Assembly: GCA_023406895.1 (NCBI GenBank)
Contig: JAEXTV010000016.1
Coordinates: forward strand, 64,663 to 128,662
Origin: Bacillota bacterium
GTDB taxonomy: Bacteria > Bacillota > Clostridia > Christensenellales > SZUA-584
DNA: 64,000 bases
Direction of reading: 5' to 3'
Positions 18,326-27,318 of the stretch are shown here, piece by piece. Within the stretch, counting starts at the first letter, position 1. Each line of letters opens with the position of its first letter. Position numbers and translations under genes: made by a program. The notes under the pieces are model-generated. The model was not told the DNA's origin. It was given only the letters and a program-made list of their open reading frames with translations, and made no database searches.

Positions 18326-18952
18326 TCACATTTCTTTTTTTCGGTAAACTGCGCTGGATATGCGAAATGACAGGATGCCGAAGACCACCACGATCAACGG
18401 CGAGAACCAGAGCATCTGCGTCACCGTCTGCACGCTGATTTGGGGCAGCGCTCCCGCTTGGCTCAGCGCAAAGCCTGCCGCCACCGGAACAGCCACCACC
18501 GCGATGATGATCACGCGCGCGCGTTCCACGCCGAATTTATAGACGAACGGCAGCAGTATGCTGATGAACAGCAAACCCACGGCGCACAAAGCGTAAGCCG
18601 TCAGCAGCGTTTCCGAAAAGTTGCCGATATTCCGGATGAGGCCGATCACCCATCCCAGCAGCACAGCCAGCAGCCCGCCAACTAAGATAAGGACTAGCGA
18701 CAGCAGATATTTGCTCAGCACCGCATCGTTTCTCGACACAGGCAATGTGTTCACATACACATCCCACCCGGACTGGCTGTCGTAAGCAAACGAGGTGACC
18801 GTTGTGATGGCAAACATGATCACGATCATACCCAGGAATACATCCGCGTTATCCTTCATAAACGACAGCATAAAATAGAGCGCCGCAATCAAAAACAGTG
18901 TTTTCCCGTATTTTCTCAAGTTGTAAATGTCCTTAAGTATCAGCCCTTTCAT
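18326..18952 (-). CDS. ABC-2 family transporter permease
   Basis: 208 aa with about 6 TM segments. It overlaps the ATPase gene by 4 nt in a GntR-ATPase-permease operon. Confidence 0.7.
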   Translation of the reverse strand: MKGLILKDIYNLRKYGKTLFLIAALYFMLSFMKDNADVFLGMIVIMFAITTVTSFAYDSQSGWDVYVNTLPVSRNDAVLSKYLLSLVLILVGGLLAVLLGWVIGLIRNIGNFSETLLTAYALCAVGLLFISILLPFVYKFGVERARVIIIAVVAVPVAAGFALSQAGALPQISVQTVTQMLWFSPLIVVVFGILSFRISSAVYRKKEM

Positions 18953-19809
18953 GATGCCTCACTCCTCACATAAAACAGCATGATATCCTCAATATGCGCA
19001 GGGTCCACCGTGAGCCCCGGATACTTTTGCCGCACCGCACCCGGGTTCTTCATCAGCACCTCATAACCAAACTGCCCCCGCCGCTGCCCCTCAATGTCAG
19101 TGCGGTCGATACGCGCAAAGTCGTTCTGACCGCACTTTAAAATGCCATAGCCGTATTTCAAATCGTCCGCGGCCTGCGAGAAGATGAGCTGCCCGTCCTT
19201 GATCAGCGTGACATAATCGGCCACCTTCTCAAGATCACTGATGATGTGTGTGGATAAGAATATCGACCGTTCCTCGTCCTGTATGATATCGAGAAATATA
19301 TCGAGAATCTCGCTGCGCACCACGGGATCGAGCCCGCTCGTGGCCTCATCAAGCAGCAGCACGCGCGGCCTGTGCGCAAGCGCCACCGAGAGTGATAGCT
19401 TTGTTTTCATGCCTTTAGACATCTGCTTCACCGTATTTTTTGCGGAGACGCCGAAACGCTTTAACAAAGATTGGTAGAGGGCATCGTCCCAGCCCGCGTA
19501 AATAGACCGCATCACCGAGGAGATATCGTCTGGCTTCAGGCTCTCGTGGAAATAGCAGTTGTCGAGCACCACGCCCAGCTGCTGTTTGATGTCCTTCTCG
19601 CGCTTGGTATGGTCCATCCCAAACACCCGAATGCTGCCGCTGTCCTTTTTGATCATATTGAGTATGAGCTTGAGCGTGGTGGTTTTGCCCGCTCCGTTCT
19701 CTCCGATAAACCCCATTATGCTGCCTTGGGGAAGCGCAAAGCTCACATCTTTGAGTGAAAAGCTTCCGTAATCCTTGCACAGCCCGCTGACTTCGAGCAC
19801 GTTTTCCAA
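18949..19809 (-). CDS. ABC transporter ATP-binding protein
   Basis: Walker A (GENGAGKTTT), signature (MSKGMKTKLS) and Walker B (LLLDEATSGLD). Confidence 0.9.
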   Translation of the reverse strand: MENVLEVSGLCKDYGSFSLKDVSFALPQGSIMGFIGENGAGKTTTLKLILNMIKKDSGSIRVFGMDHTKREKDIKQQLGVVLDNCYFHESLKPDDISSVMRSIYAGWDDALYQSLLKRFGVSAKNTVKQMSKGMKTKLSLSVALAHRPRVLLLDEATSGLDPVVRSEILDIFLDIIQDEERSIFLSTHIISDLEKVADYVTLIKDGQLIFSQAADDLKYGYGILKCGQNDFARIDRTDIEGQRRGQFGYEVLMKNPGAVRQKYPGLTVDPAHIEDIMLFYVRSEAS

Positions 19810-19813
19810 AGCT

Positions 19814-20188
19814 TTAATCCTCCTTGTACAAAAGTGTCAATATTTCCGACAGCTCAGAGAGCGCAATGCCGCTGCTTTTGGCGATCTCCACCGCTTTTTG
19901 CAGATGCGTTTCCGCCATGCGAAGCTGTTCTTCTCTGATTAATTCCATATTGCGGCCTGCCACATAGCTGCCCTTGCCCATCACGGTTTCAATAAACCCG
20001 TCGCGTTCGAGATCCTCATAGGCGCGCTTGGTGGTGATGACGCTGATGCGCAGCTCCTTGGCAAGCAGCCGCATGGACGGCAGCAAATCGCCTTCGTTGA
20101 GTGCGCCGCTGACAATTAGATTCTTGATCTGCGACGTGATCTGCTCATAGATCGGCTTGTCGCTCGCGTTGCTGATGATGATGTCCAA
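19814..20188 (-). CDS. GntR-family (YtrA-like, short) transcriptional regulator
   Basis: PIYEQITSQIKNLIVSGALNEGDLLPSMRLLAKELRISVITTKRAYEDLERDGFI. TTG start after GGGGGAA. Confidence 0.9.
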   Translation of the reverse strand: MDIIISNASDKPIYEQITSQIKNLIVSGALNEGDLLPSMRLLAKELRISVITTKRAYEDLERDGFIETVMGKGSYVAGRNMELIREEQLRMAETHLQKAVEIAKSSGIALSELSEILTLLYKED

Positions 20189-20217
20189 ACCGGCAATTCC
20201 CCCTGACCGCGCTTAAT

Positions 20218-20246
20218 CTACTGTATATATACGTTATATACAGTAG
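20218..20246. promoter_or_regulatory. Palindromic operator upstream of the GntR operon
   Basis: CTACTGTATATA-tacgt-TATATACAGTAG. The 12-bp arms are perfect, and the site lies 30 nt upstream of the GntR start. Confidence 0.55.
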
Positions 20247-20375
20247 AGCACCTTTTTATGCATTTGTCAATAAAAAATCTTTGCCGCAACATCATACAGA
20301 GAAGGCTAGAGTTTGATTCATCCGGCTTTATATTGTATAATTTAGGTATATATTCATGAATAGAGGAATAAAATT

Positions 20376-20873
20376 ATGTTTGGAAAATCCAAAAGAGAAA
20401 ACACAAATGACGAAAATCCTTTTTATGGTTTAAGAAATCAGGCTTTCAATCTGACACCCGCAGATATAGGCATCGCCCTTGATAATAATGAACAAGTATA
20501 TGCCGCTGTAGTTGATATGCCGTTTCCCAAAGGAAAAATTGTGACTCTCGTATGTATCATAGACGGTACTGTCAGCTTATATTACAATACAGGCGGCGGG
20601 TTGCTTGGTCTCGGCCAAAAGCATGAAGCCATCCGCAAAGCAGGCGGATCATTCCTTTACAGTGCAGGCCAAACGCTGAAATTTCTTAATAGCACCACGC
20701 AATTTAACTTGCCAGACGGCAATCTTGCTTTCGTTTATTTATTTGCAGGCAATGGTGTTTATAAAGCTCAGTTTAATATGAGTCATACCGAGAAATGCGA
20801 TAAACATTTACAATTTCTAAATTTTCTGATTCAAAACACGCTAAACAAGATTCGCGAAAATACCAACATCTGA
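20376..20873 (+). CDS. Hypothetical protein (orphan, visibly AT-rich gene)
   Basis: 165 aa with RBS AGAGGAATAAAATT before the ATG. I recognise no motifs. Composition is clearly AT-richer than the flanking genes. Confidence 0.5.
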   Translation: MFGKSKRENTNDENPFYGLRNQAFNLTPADIGIALDNNEQVYAAVVDMPFPKGKIVTLVCIIDGTVSLYYNTGGGLLGLGQKHEAIRKAGGSFLYSAGQTLKFLNSTTQFNLPDGNLAFVYLFAGNGVYKAQFNMSHTEKCDKHLQFLNFLIQNTLNKIRENTNI

Positions 20874-20888
20874 TTCACTTTTGGCTAA

Positions 20889-20916
20889 CAAAAAAACCGT
20901 CGGGATTCCGGCGGTC
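20889..20916 (-). terminator. Probable terminator after fprA (hairpin usable on both strands)
   Basis: On the minus strand: ACCGCCGG-aatc-CCGACGGT followed by TTTTTTTG. Confidence 0.5.
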
Positions 20917-20929
20917 GTTCAAATTCCTT

Positions 20930-22132
20930 CTATTTCATTTTATCCAGCGCCGCGCATATCGCCTCACCGAGCTTGTCCGCTTCGGCCAGCTCTTTGTCGT
21001 CGGGCCGCAGCTTCGCGCTGCACGTGCCCACCACGTCCGCGCCCAAGGCGCGCAGCCGCTCGCTCATGTATTTAATCGATTCGCCGCTCCATCCGAACGA
21101 GCCGAATGCCGCCGCCGTTTTTCCCTTCACAACCAGCACCGAGAGCGACGTGAGCACATCCCACACGGGCTTAATCGCGTCGCGGTTCACCGTCGGCGAG
21201 CCGATCGCAAACGCATCCGCCGCATGAATTTTGGCCGCGCACTGCGCGGCATCCGCGGCAGATATATCCTCGAGTTCCACATCGTAGCCCGCGTCCTTCA
21301 CCGCTTTTGCAATATGCTCCGCAAGCATGCCTGTAAACCCGTAGCACGACACATAGCCGATATACACTTTTTTGGGGTCGTTCACGGCAAGCACGTCTGA
21401 CGCCCATTGCTCGTACCGGTCCACCGCAGCCCACGGATCCTTGCGCAGCACCGGCCCATGCGACGGGCCGATCACATCGATATGCAGCGCGCGCGTTTTC
21501 TTCACCGCCTCGAGCACATACGTTTTAAACGGCCCCATAATCACATCAAAATAATACTTCTGCGCCTCAGTCATCTCGGTGTTGACCGGTGTTAAATCGT
21601 CAAACACGTGTTCCGCAGAAAAATGAAAGCCGAACATATCGCCCGTCAGCAATATCGCGTCTTCGGTGATATAGGTAAACATTGAGTCCGGCCAGTGAAG
21701 AAACGGTACGGAAATAAATTTGAGCGTCTTGCCGCCGAGTTCGAGCGTATCGCCGTCCTCTACAACCTTGCACTCAAATTTATCGTTTAATATGTTGCCG
21801 AGAAAAACGCTGGCTGGTTTTGTGCACACCACCACCGCATTCGGCGCCATTTTAAGGAGTTTTAAGAGCCCGCCGGAATGGTCGGGCTCTGTGTGGTTAC
21901 AGATGATATAATCGATAGACGCTGCGTCACACGCACCGGCTATCTTTTCGATATGCTCGTCTGAAAAACCGTCTTTAACCGTATCCACGACGGCAATTTT
22001 TTCGCTACCCTTCACAAGGTAACTGTTATAGGATGTGCCCCACCGCGTTTGCATGATCACATCAAACACGCGCAGCCCCGGGTTCAAAACGCCCACCCAG
22101 TACACACCCTTTGTGATTTCTACAGGCAGCAT
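20930..22132 (-). CDS. fprA: Flavodiiron protein (FprA-type A-flavoprotein; O2/NO reductase)
   Basis: Metallo-beta-lactamase-like domain with HTEPDHSG, plus a C-terminal flavodoxin domain. Confidence 0.92.
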   Translation of the reverse strand: MLPVEITKGVYWVGVLNPGLRVFDVIMQTRWGTSYNSYLVKGSEKIAVVDTVKDGFSDEHIEKIAGACDAASIDYIICNHTEPDHSGGLLKLLKMAPNAVVVCTKPASVFLGNILNDKFECKVVEDGDTLELGGKTLKFISVPFLHWPDSMFTYITEDAILLTGDMFGFHFSAEHVFDDLTPVNTEMTEAQKYYFDVIMGPFKTYVLEAVKKTRALHIDVIGPSHGPVLRKDPWAAVDRYEQWASDVLAVNDPKKVYIGYVSCYGFTGMLAEHIAKAVKDAGYDVELEDISAADAAQCAAKIHAADAFAIGSPTVNRDAIKPVWDVLTSLSVLVVKGKTAAAFGSFGWSGESIKYMSERLRALGADVVGTCSAKLRPDDKELAEADKLGEAICAALDKMK

Positions 22133-22147
22133 ACCTTTCTCCGGGAA

Positions 22148-22306
22148 TTAAGATTCTTCAAACATGTCCTTGGACGCGCCGCAGAGCGGGCAGACCCAAT
22201 CGTCGGGGATGTCTTCAAACGCCGTGCCGGGTGCGATTCCGTTATCCGGGTCGCCGACTTCGGGATCATAAACATAGCCGCAAACAGTACATTCGTATTT
22301 TTTCAT
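22148..22306 (-). CDS. rd: Rubredoxin
   Basis: Not in the ORF track (52 aa). My translation is [52 protein letters not shown], with the two CxxCG knuckles. RBS GAGGAG lies 6 nt upstream. Confidence 0.9.
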   Translation of the reverse strand: MKKYECTVCGYVYDPEVGDPDNGIAPGTAFEDIPDDWVCPLCGASKDMFEES

Positions 22307-22321
22307 GGGCATCTCCTCACT

Positions 22322-22531
22322 TTATTTATTTTGAAAATAATTATTGAGATTGGATACAAGTTCGTCCACATCAAGGCCGTGGACAGCGCCGGCTTCCTCA
22401 AGGCTTTCTCCGGCGGACGCAGGGCAGCCGATGCAGTGCATGCCGGCTTCCATCAGCACCTTAGCGCATCCGGGATCGAGCGAGAGCAACTGTGCGATTG
22501 TCATATCTTTTGTAATCTGTGCCATTTTCAT
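22322..22531 (-). CDS. DUF1858 / hybrid-cluster-protein-associated redox disulfide domain protein
   Basis: ITKDMTIAQLLSLDPGCAKVLMEAGMHCIGCPASAGESLEEAGAVHGLDVDELV. Confidence 0.75.
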   Translation of the reverse strand: MKMAQITKDMTIAQLLSLDPGCAKVLMEAGMHCIGCPASAGESLEEAGAVHGLDVDELVSNLNNYFQNK

Positions 22532-22547
22532 ACCTCTTCATTTTTGC

Positions 22548-22922
22548 TTATGTGTTTCTGATCATTTTATGCCCGCACTTGGAGCACTTGATGGATACCT
22601 TGCCTTTGCCTCTTGGCACCCGGAGCTTTTGCGAGCATTTGGGGCATTTAAAAATTTTATACAGCTTTCGCTGCTGGCCTTTTGCTTTATTCCTATAATA
22701 CCACGATTTGATTTTATTAACCACATTCATGAACATTAAATTCTCTTTTTGCCGCTGCGAAATATTACGTGAAAACATGCGCAGTATCGCAAGCCCTGTG
22801 ATGATAAGCGTAATGACAAACATATACACCCATGGCACAAAGCTCAAAAGCAGCGAGAGAATGATCAGCGCGAATGACAGCTGATCGGGGCCGTTGCGCC
22901 CGATAAACATTTTGTTAAACAT
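22548..22922 (-). CDS. Membrane protein with a C-terminal zinc ribbon
   Basis: Two TM helices followed by CPKCSQKLRVPRGKGKVSIKCSKCGH. Confidence 0.5.
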   Translation of the reverse strand: MFNKMFIGRNGPDQLSFALIILSLLLSFVPWVYMFVITLIITGLAILRMFSRNISQRQKENLMFMNVVNKIKSWYYRNKAKGQQRKLYKIFKCPKCSQKLRVPRGKGKVSIKCSKCGHKMIRNT

Positions 22923-22948
22923 TATGCACCACCCTCATTTTCGTCACT

Positions 22949-23638
22949 TCAGGCATCGCAGGTCACGATGAGCTCCGGCGTCCTGATGTCCTTATAAAAA
23001 TCGATAAACGACGATATGTCTATCACACTGCCCGGCAGCATGATGCCGCTTTTGCCGATATCCTCACTCATATGCACATCCCCGCCCGCAATCACCATCA
23101 CATCGTGCTCAAAGGCAAACTTAAGCGAGAGCTGGTTGCGGCTTTTGTTTCTTGTCTGCGTGTTGACAATCTCGATGCCGTCATAATACGCGAGGTTCTC
23201 GGGCGACAGCCCAAACCGGAACGGGTGCGCCTGAAACACGAGGAAACCGCGCTGGTGCATGAGGCTGTAAATCTCATCAATCGGCAGCTGGTAAAAAGGC
23301 CCCGCTTCGATCAAAAACGCTTCATCCGGCCCGTAGATCAAAAATTCGTAGGGCGAGCCTTCCGGCTGCACCTCGAGCCCCAGAAACACCTTAAGCCCCA
23401 CCTGACCGCCGCGCTTTCTTGCCGCCCGGTAGCCCGTTAGATAGCGATCCACCTTTTCGCGCCACGATAGACCCTGCATGTCCTGTCTTTCAAAAAAGCG
23501 GGAATAAAAGTGGTCCGTGATAAACGTGCCCGTATAGCCGGCCGCTTTAATGCCTTCCACCGCCTGGGCGGCGCTTATCATTCCGCACGGACTCGTCTCC
23601 GCCGTATGGCAATGCGTTTCAAACTGGTAAAGCTTCAT
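22949..23638 (-). CDS. PHP-domain (polymerase/histidinol-phosphatase-like) metal-dependent phosphoesterase
   Basis: N-terminal FETHCHTAETSPCG, with later His/Asp motifs (QAHPFR, GGDVH). Confidence 0.75.
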   Translation of the reverse strand: MKLYQFETHCHTAETSPCGMISAAQAVEGIKAAGYTGTFITDHFYSRFFERQDMQGLSWREKVDRYLTGYRAARKRGGQVGLKVFLGLEVQPEGSPYEFLIYGPDEAFLIEAGPFYQLPIDEIYSLMHQRGFLVFQAHPFRFGLSPENLAYYDGIEIVNTQTRNKSRNQLSLKFAFEHDVMVIAGGDVHMSEDIGKSGIMLPGSVIDISSFIDFYKDIRTPELIVTCDA

Positions 23639-23864
23639 CGTCTTTCCTCGGTACTATCATACTAAAAAGTTGCGTCTAAAATATAAACAAAACGCCGTTT
23701 TCACACAATGTTTACAACTGCTATGATAGCAAGCCGCATTGACCAAAGTCAACGGGGGGCTGTTCTTGACTTATCAGCTTTGTCAATTGATATAAAGGCT
23801 GATATAATGACAGAAATAGCAAATAGGTTTCGCTCTCAAAATCCGTATGAAGAAGGACGGCGTT

Positions 23865-24845
23865 ATGAACCTGTTCGTATTTTTGATTTTCTATATCACG
23901 TTTTATATCATCAGCATACCGATCCACGAGCTCGGGCATCTGGTTTTCGGGCTTCTGACGGGCTCTCGGTTCAGCTCGTTTCGCGTGCTGTCCTTCGTTT
24001 GGTTCAAAGAAAACGGCAAGCTGCGTTTTAAAAATTCGGGAAGCCGATTTATGCTCGGCCAATGCCTGATGGCCCCTCCGGCAAACGAAGCAGACTTTCG
24101 TTTCGTGCTGTACAATCTCGGCGGCGGCATCTTCAACCTGCTGACCGTCGCGATCCTCTTCGGCATTGCCGCGCTGACCGGCGGACTCTCCGCCGCCTTG
24201 TTTGCGGGCATGTTGGCCAGTGCGGTCACGGCGCTGATGAATCTGATTCCGATGACCGTTCAGGTGCCCAACGACGGCATGAACGTGGTGAAGGCACTGC
24301 AGTCGCCCGAAGCCCGGCACGGGCTTTATACGATGATGCTTGTCAACGAGCAGATGATGAACGGCAAGCGGTTCCGCGATTATGATGAGCGGTGCTTCAC
24401 GCTGCCGCCGCACGCGAACCTGCGCAATCATTTTACGGCGTATATTCTGCTCTGTGACGCGGCCCGTCTTTACGACCTTGGCCAGTATGAGGCGTGCATT
24501 GAAAAATACAACGCGCTCGATTTAAACAAGCTGCCGTCCTATTTTAAAAAATCAATCCAACTCGATGTTCTCTATCATTGTTGCGTCCACAAACCGGATT
24601 ATGATAAAGCCAGAGAGATTTATGCCCAGCGCGGCATAAAAAAGTACCTCGAAGCGCCGCTGCCGATGATCACCCGCGTGCGCGCGGCCTATGAGTTTTT
24701 TGTCTGCGGCGACCGCGAGAAAGCAGCGGAGTCTTTAACAAAAGCAAAGGTTCAGGCCGATAACTTCCCGAACAAAGGCTTTCAGCTGATGGAGTGGGAC
24801 TACCTTGATCATTTGGAAAAGCTCATGCAGGAGCAACCAAGATAA
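23865..24845 (+). CDS. Membrane zinc metallopeptidase (HExxH; M50/DUF3267-like) with a helical C-terminal domain
   Basis: I moved the start to MNLFVF, which follows GAAGGA. IPIHELGHLVFGLLTG lies in TM1, with further TM segments and a TPR-like tail. Confidence 0.6.
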   Translation: MNLFVFLIFYITFYIISIPIHELGHLVFGLLTGSRFSSFRVLSFVWFKENGKLRFKNSGSRFMLGQCLMAPPANEADFRFVLYNLGGGIFNLLTVAILFGIAALTGGLSAALFAGMLASAVTALMNLIPMTVQVPNDGMNVVKALQSPEARHGLYTMMLVNEQMMNGKRFRDYDERCFTLPPHANLRNHFTAYILLCDAARLYDLGQYEACIEKYNALDLNKLPSYFKKSIQLDVLYHCCVHKPDYDKAREIYAQRGIKKYLEAPLPMITRVRAAYEFFVCGDREKAAESLTKAKVQADNFPNKGFQLMEWDYLDHLEKLMQEQPR

Positions 24846-24956
24846 AAACACATTAAGCTTCCTCTATAAGTATTAAGCCCGGGTCACACCGACGGACAAG
24901 GGAGTAAAGCCGCCGACAAGCACGTGATGAGGGCCTTAGCAAACCGTTTATGGGTA

Positions 24957-25002
24957 ACACCTCATCCGGTGCTGCGCACCACCTTCTCCTCCAGGAGAAG
25001 GC
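24957..25002 (-). repeat. Intergenic repeat, B-type arm (inverted copy of 17995-18040)
   Basis: ACACCTCATCCGGTGCTGCGCACCACCTTCTCCTCCAGGAGAAGGC. Confidence 0.7.
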
Positions 25003-25080
25003 TTTTCTCTTACATAACAAAAGCCGTATCCGAAAGAATCGAATACGGCACAGGTTATTGCTATGTCAAGCCACTCATTT

Positions 25081-25182
25081 GGTCATTCTGAACGAGCGAA
25101 GCGGAGTGACTACGAAGTGGATGAGAATCTGTCCAGATCCTATTTCACTGCGTAGTCATCGCTTCGCTCCTCTAGGATGACC
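25081..25182. repeat. Intergenic palindromic repeat, A-type (about 100-nt hairpin)
   Basis: GGTCATTCTGAACGAGCGAAGCGGAGTGACTACG pairs with the reverse complement of CGTAGTCATCGCTTCGCTCCTCTAGGATGACC. Confidence 0.7.
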
Positions 25183-25290
25183 GCAAACCGCAGCTATAGT
25201 CTATAGTCACGATTTCTCTGCTGATCCTGACAGCAGGCTTCTTATCATGCTAAGCCTTTTCCATTTGCCAGACAAGTATTCCGCCTTACT

Positions 25291-27318
25291 TTATGCGGTT
25301 GCGCCCGTGAACTGGCTGTTGTACAAATCGGCGTAGAAGCCGTTTTTGTCCATCAGCTGCTTGTGCGTGCCCTGCTCGATAATCTTACCCTCGTTCATCA
25401 CGAGTATCGTCGACGCGTTGCGTATTGTGGAAAGCCGGTGCGCGATCACGAAGTTCGTGCGGCCCTTCATCAGCGCAATCATCGCGTTTTGTATATACGC
25501 CTCGGTGCGTGTGTCCACGTTGCTCGTCGCCTCGTCGAGTATCAGCACAGCCGGGTCGGCCAGCAATGCGCGCGCAATGGTCAACAGCTGCTTCTGGCCC
25601 GAGGATATGTTGGACGCTTCCTCGTTTAGAACCGTGTCGTAGCCGTCCGGCAGCGTGCGGATGAAATGATCCGCGTGCGCCATTTTGGCGGCTTTCATAA
25701 TCTCCTCCTCCGTCGCGCCCTCGCGGCCGTAAGCGATGTTGTCGCGAATCGTCCCGCCGAACAGCCATGTATCCTGCAGCACCATGCCAAACCGCTGCCT
25801 CAGGGTTTCGCGCGGCATCGTGCTGATGTCGGTGCCGTCCACGAGAATGCGCCCTTCATCCACCTCGTAAAACCGCATGAGCAGGTTCACGAGTGTGGTT
25901 TTGCCAGCGCCCGTGGGGCCCACAATCGCGACCACATCGCCCGGCTTCACCTTCAGGTTCATATCCTTAATCACCGTTTTGCCCGGTTCATAACCAAAGC
26001 TCACGTGTTCGAAGTCCACTGCGCCGTGCGCCTTGGGCACCTCCGCCAGCTGCACATCGGGTGTCATTTCGGGCTCGTCAAGCACCTCAAACACACGCTC
26101 CGCCGCCGCGATGGTGGACTGCATCACGTTCGCGATCTGCGCCACCTGCATAATCGGCTGCGTAAACTGGCGCGAATACTGTATGAACGCCTGCACATCG
26201 CCGATCGTAATCTGGCCGTTGATCACGAGCACACCGCCGATCACACAGACGAACACATACGAGATGTTGCTCAAGAAGTTCATGAGCGGCATCATGATGC
26301 CCGAGAGAAACTGCGCCTTCCAGCCCACGCCATACAGGCGCTCGTTGATCTCGTTGAATTTGCCTTCACTATCCTCTTCCTTGCCGAACGCCTTCACAAC
26401 GGTATGCGCTGCGTACATTTCCTCCACATGGCCGTTGATATGCCCAATCTCCGCCTGCTGCTTTTTGAAATACTTTTGCGATTTTTTGATGACCGCTCTC
26501 GTGACGAGAAAGCTCATCGGCAGCACCACGAGCGACACGAGCGTGATGATCCACGATATTGTGAACATCATCACGATGATGCCGAGCAGCGTGGTCACAG
26601 CGGAGATGACCTGCGTCAGCCCCTGCTGCAGCGATGTGGACACGGTATCGATATCATTCGTCACGCGCGAGAGAATCTCGCCATGCGTGCGCCCGTCAAA
26701 ATATTTGAGCGGCAGCTTCGCAAGCTTTTTATCCACCTCGGCACGCATGTCGTACACAATCGTCTGCGAGGTTCTTGCCATCACAAACTGCAGGATAAAG
26801 GTGAACAGCGAGCTCAAAAGGTACAGCGCCAGCACCGTCAGAATGATGCCGCCGACCTTCCTTAAGTCAATCGTGAGCTCCCTCGCCGCTTTCAGTTCCT
26901 GCACTGCCGGCATCGCTTTCGCCACCACATCCTTATCGGGCGAACTCATCACAGCGCCTATCACCTGTTCGGGTGTGAGCGAGCCGTTTTCGAGCTGCGC
27001 TTTTAAGTCGTCCGGCAGCACCTCTTTGAGATGCGCAAAGGCCTCTCCCTGGGCCGAAGCCGGTTTAAAAATCTCCGTGGTCGCCTCACCGAGCACCTTG
27101 GGGCCGAATATCGCAAACACTGTCGCAAGTACCGACATCACGATGACGATGACGAGCGCCGCTTTGTGCTTCGTCAGGTATGTCATCAGACGGCTGAAGC
27201 CCGCCTTGAAATCTTTGGCCTTTTCCATGGGCATGCCGTGCCCCATCGGGCCGCCGCCCATTGCGCCGCGGCCGCGGCCTTTTCCCTGTTTGGCTGTATT
27301 ATGATTATCGTTGCTCAT
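25291..27318 (-). CDS. ABC exporter, fused permease/ATPase (heterodimer subunit B)
   Basis: Six-TM domain plus Walker A (GPTGAGKTT), signature (SSGQKQLL) and ILDEATS. Overlaps its partner gene by 4 nt. Confidence 0.9.
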   Translation of the reverse strand: MSNDNHNTAKQGKGRGRGAMGGGPMGHGMPMEKAKDFKAGFSRLMTYLTKHKAALVIVIVMSVLATVFAIFGPKVLGEATTEIFKPASAQGEAFAHLKEVLPDDLKAQLENGSLTPEQVIGAVMSSPDKDVVAKAMPAVQELKAARELTIDLRKVGGIILTVLALYLLSSLFTFILQFVMARTSQTIVYDMRAEVDKKLAKLPLKYFDGRTHGEILSRVTNDIDTVSTSLQQGLTQVISAVTTLLGIIVMMFTISWIITLVSLVVLPMSFLVTRAVIKKSQKYFKKQQAEIGHINGHVEEMYAAHTVVKAFGKEEDSEGKFNEINERLYGVGWKAQFLSGIMMPLMNFLSNISYVFVCVIGGVLVINGQITIGDVQAFIQYSRQFTQPIMQVAQIANVMQSTIAAAERVFEVLDEPEMTPDVQLAEVPKAHGAVDFEHVSFGYEPGKTVIKDMNLKVKPGDVVAIVGPTGAGKTTLVNLLMRFYEVDEGRILVDGTDISTMPRETLRQRFGMVLQDTWLFGGTIRDNIAYGREGATEEEIMKAAKMAHADHFIRTLPDGYDTVLNEEASNISSGQKQLLTIARALLADPAVLILDEATSNVDTRTEAYIQNAMIALMKGRTNFVIAHRLSTIRNASTILVMNEGKIIEQGTHKQLMDKNGFYADLYNSQFTGATA

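Noticed and set aside
25666-27304. Long plus-strand ORFs (399 and 423 aa) antisense to the ABC exporter gene. Similar shadows occur at 5483-6295, 11389-12741, 28098-28757, 34908-35861, 45589-46245 and 62411-63040.
   Set aside because: Their translations are low-complexity and Arg/His/Ala-rich, with no motifs and no RBS. The opposite strand in each case encodes a protein with unmistakable family signatures. These are typical GC-rich antisense shadow ORFs.
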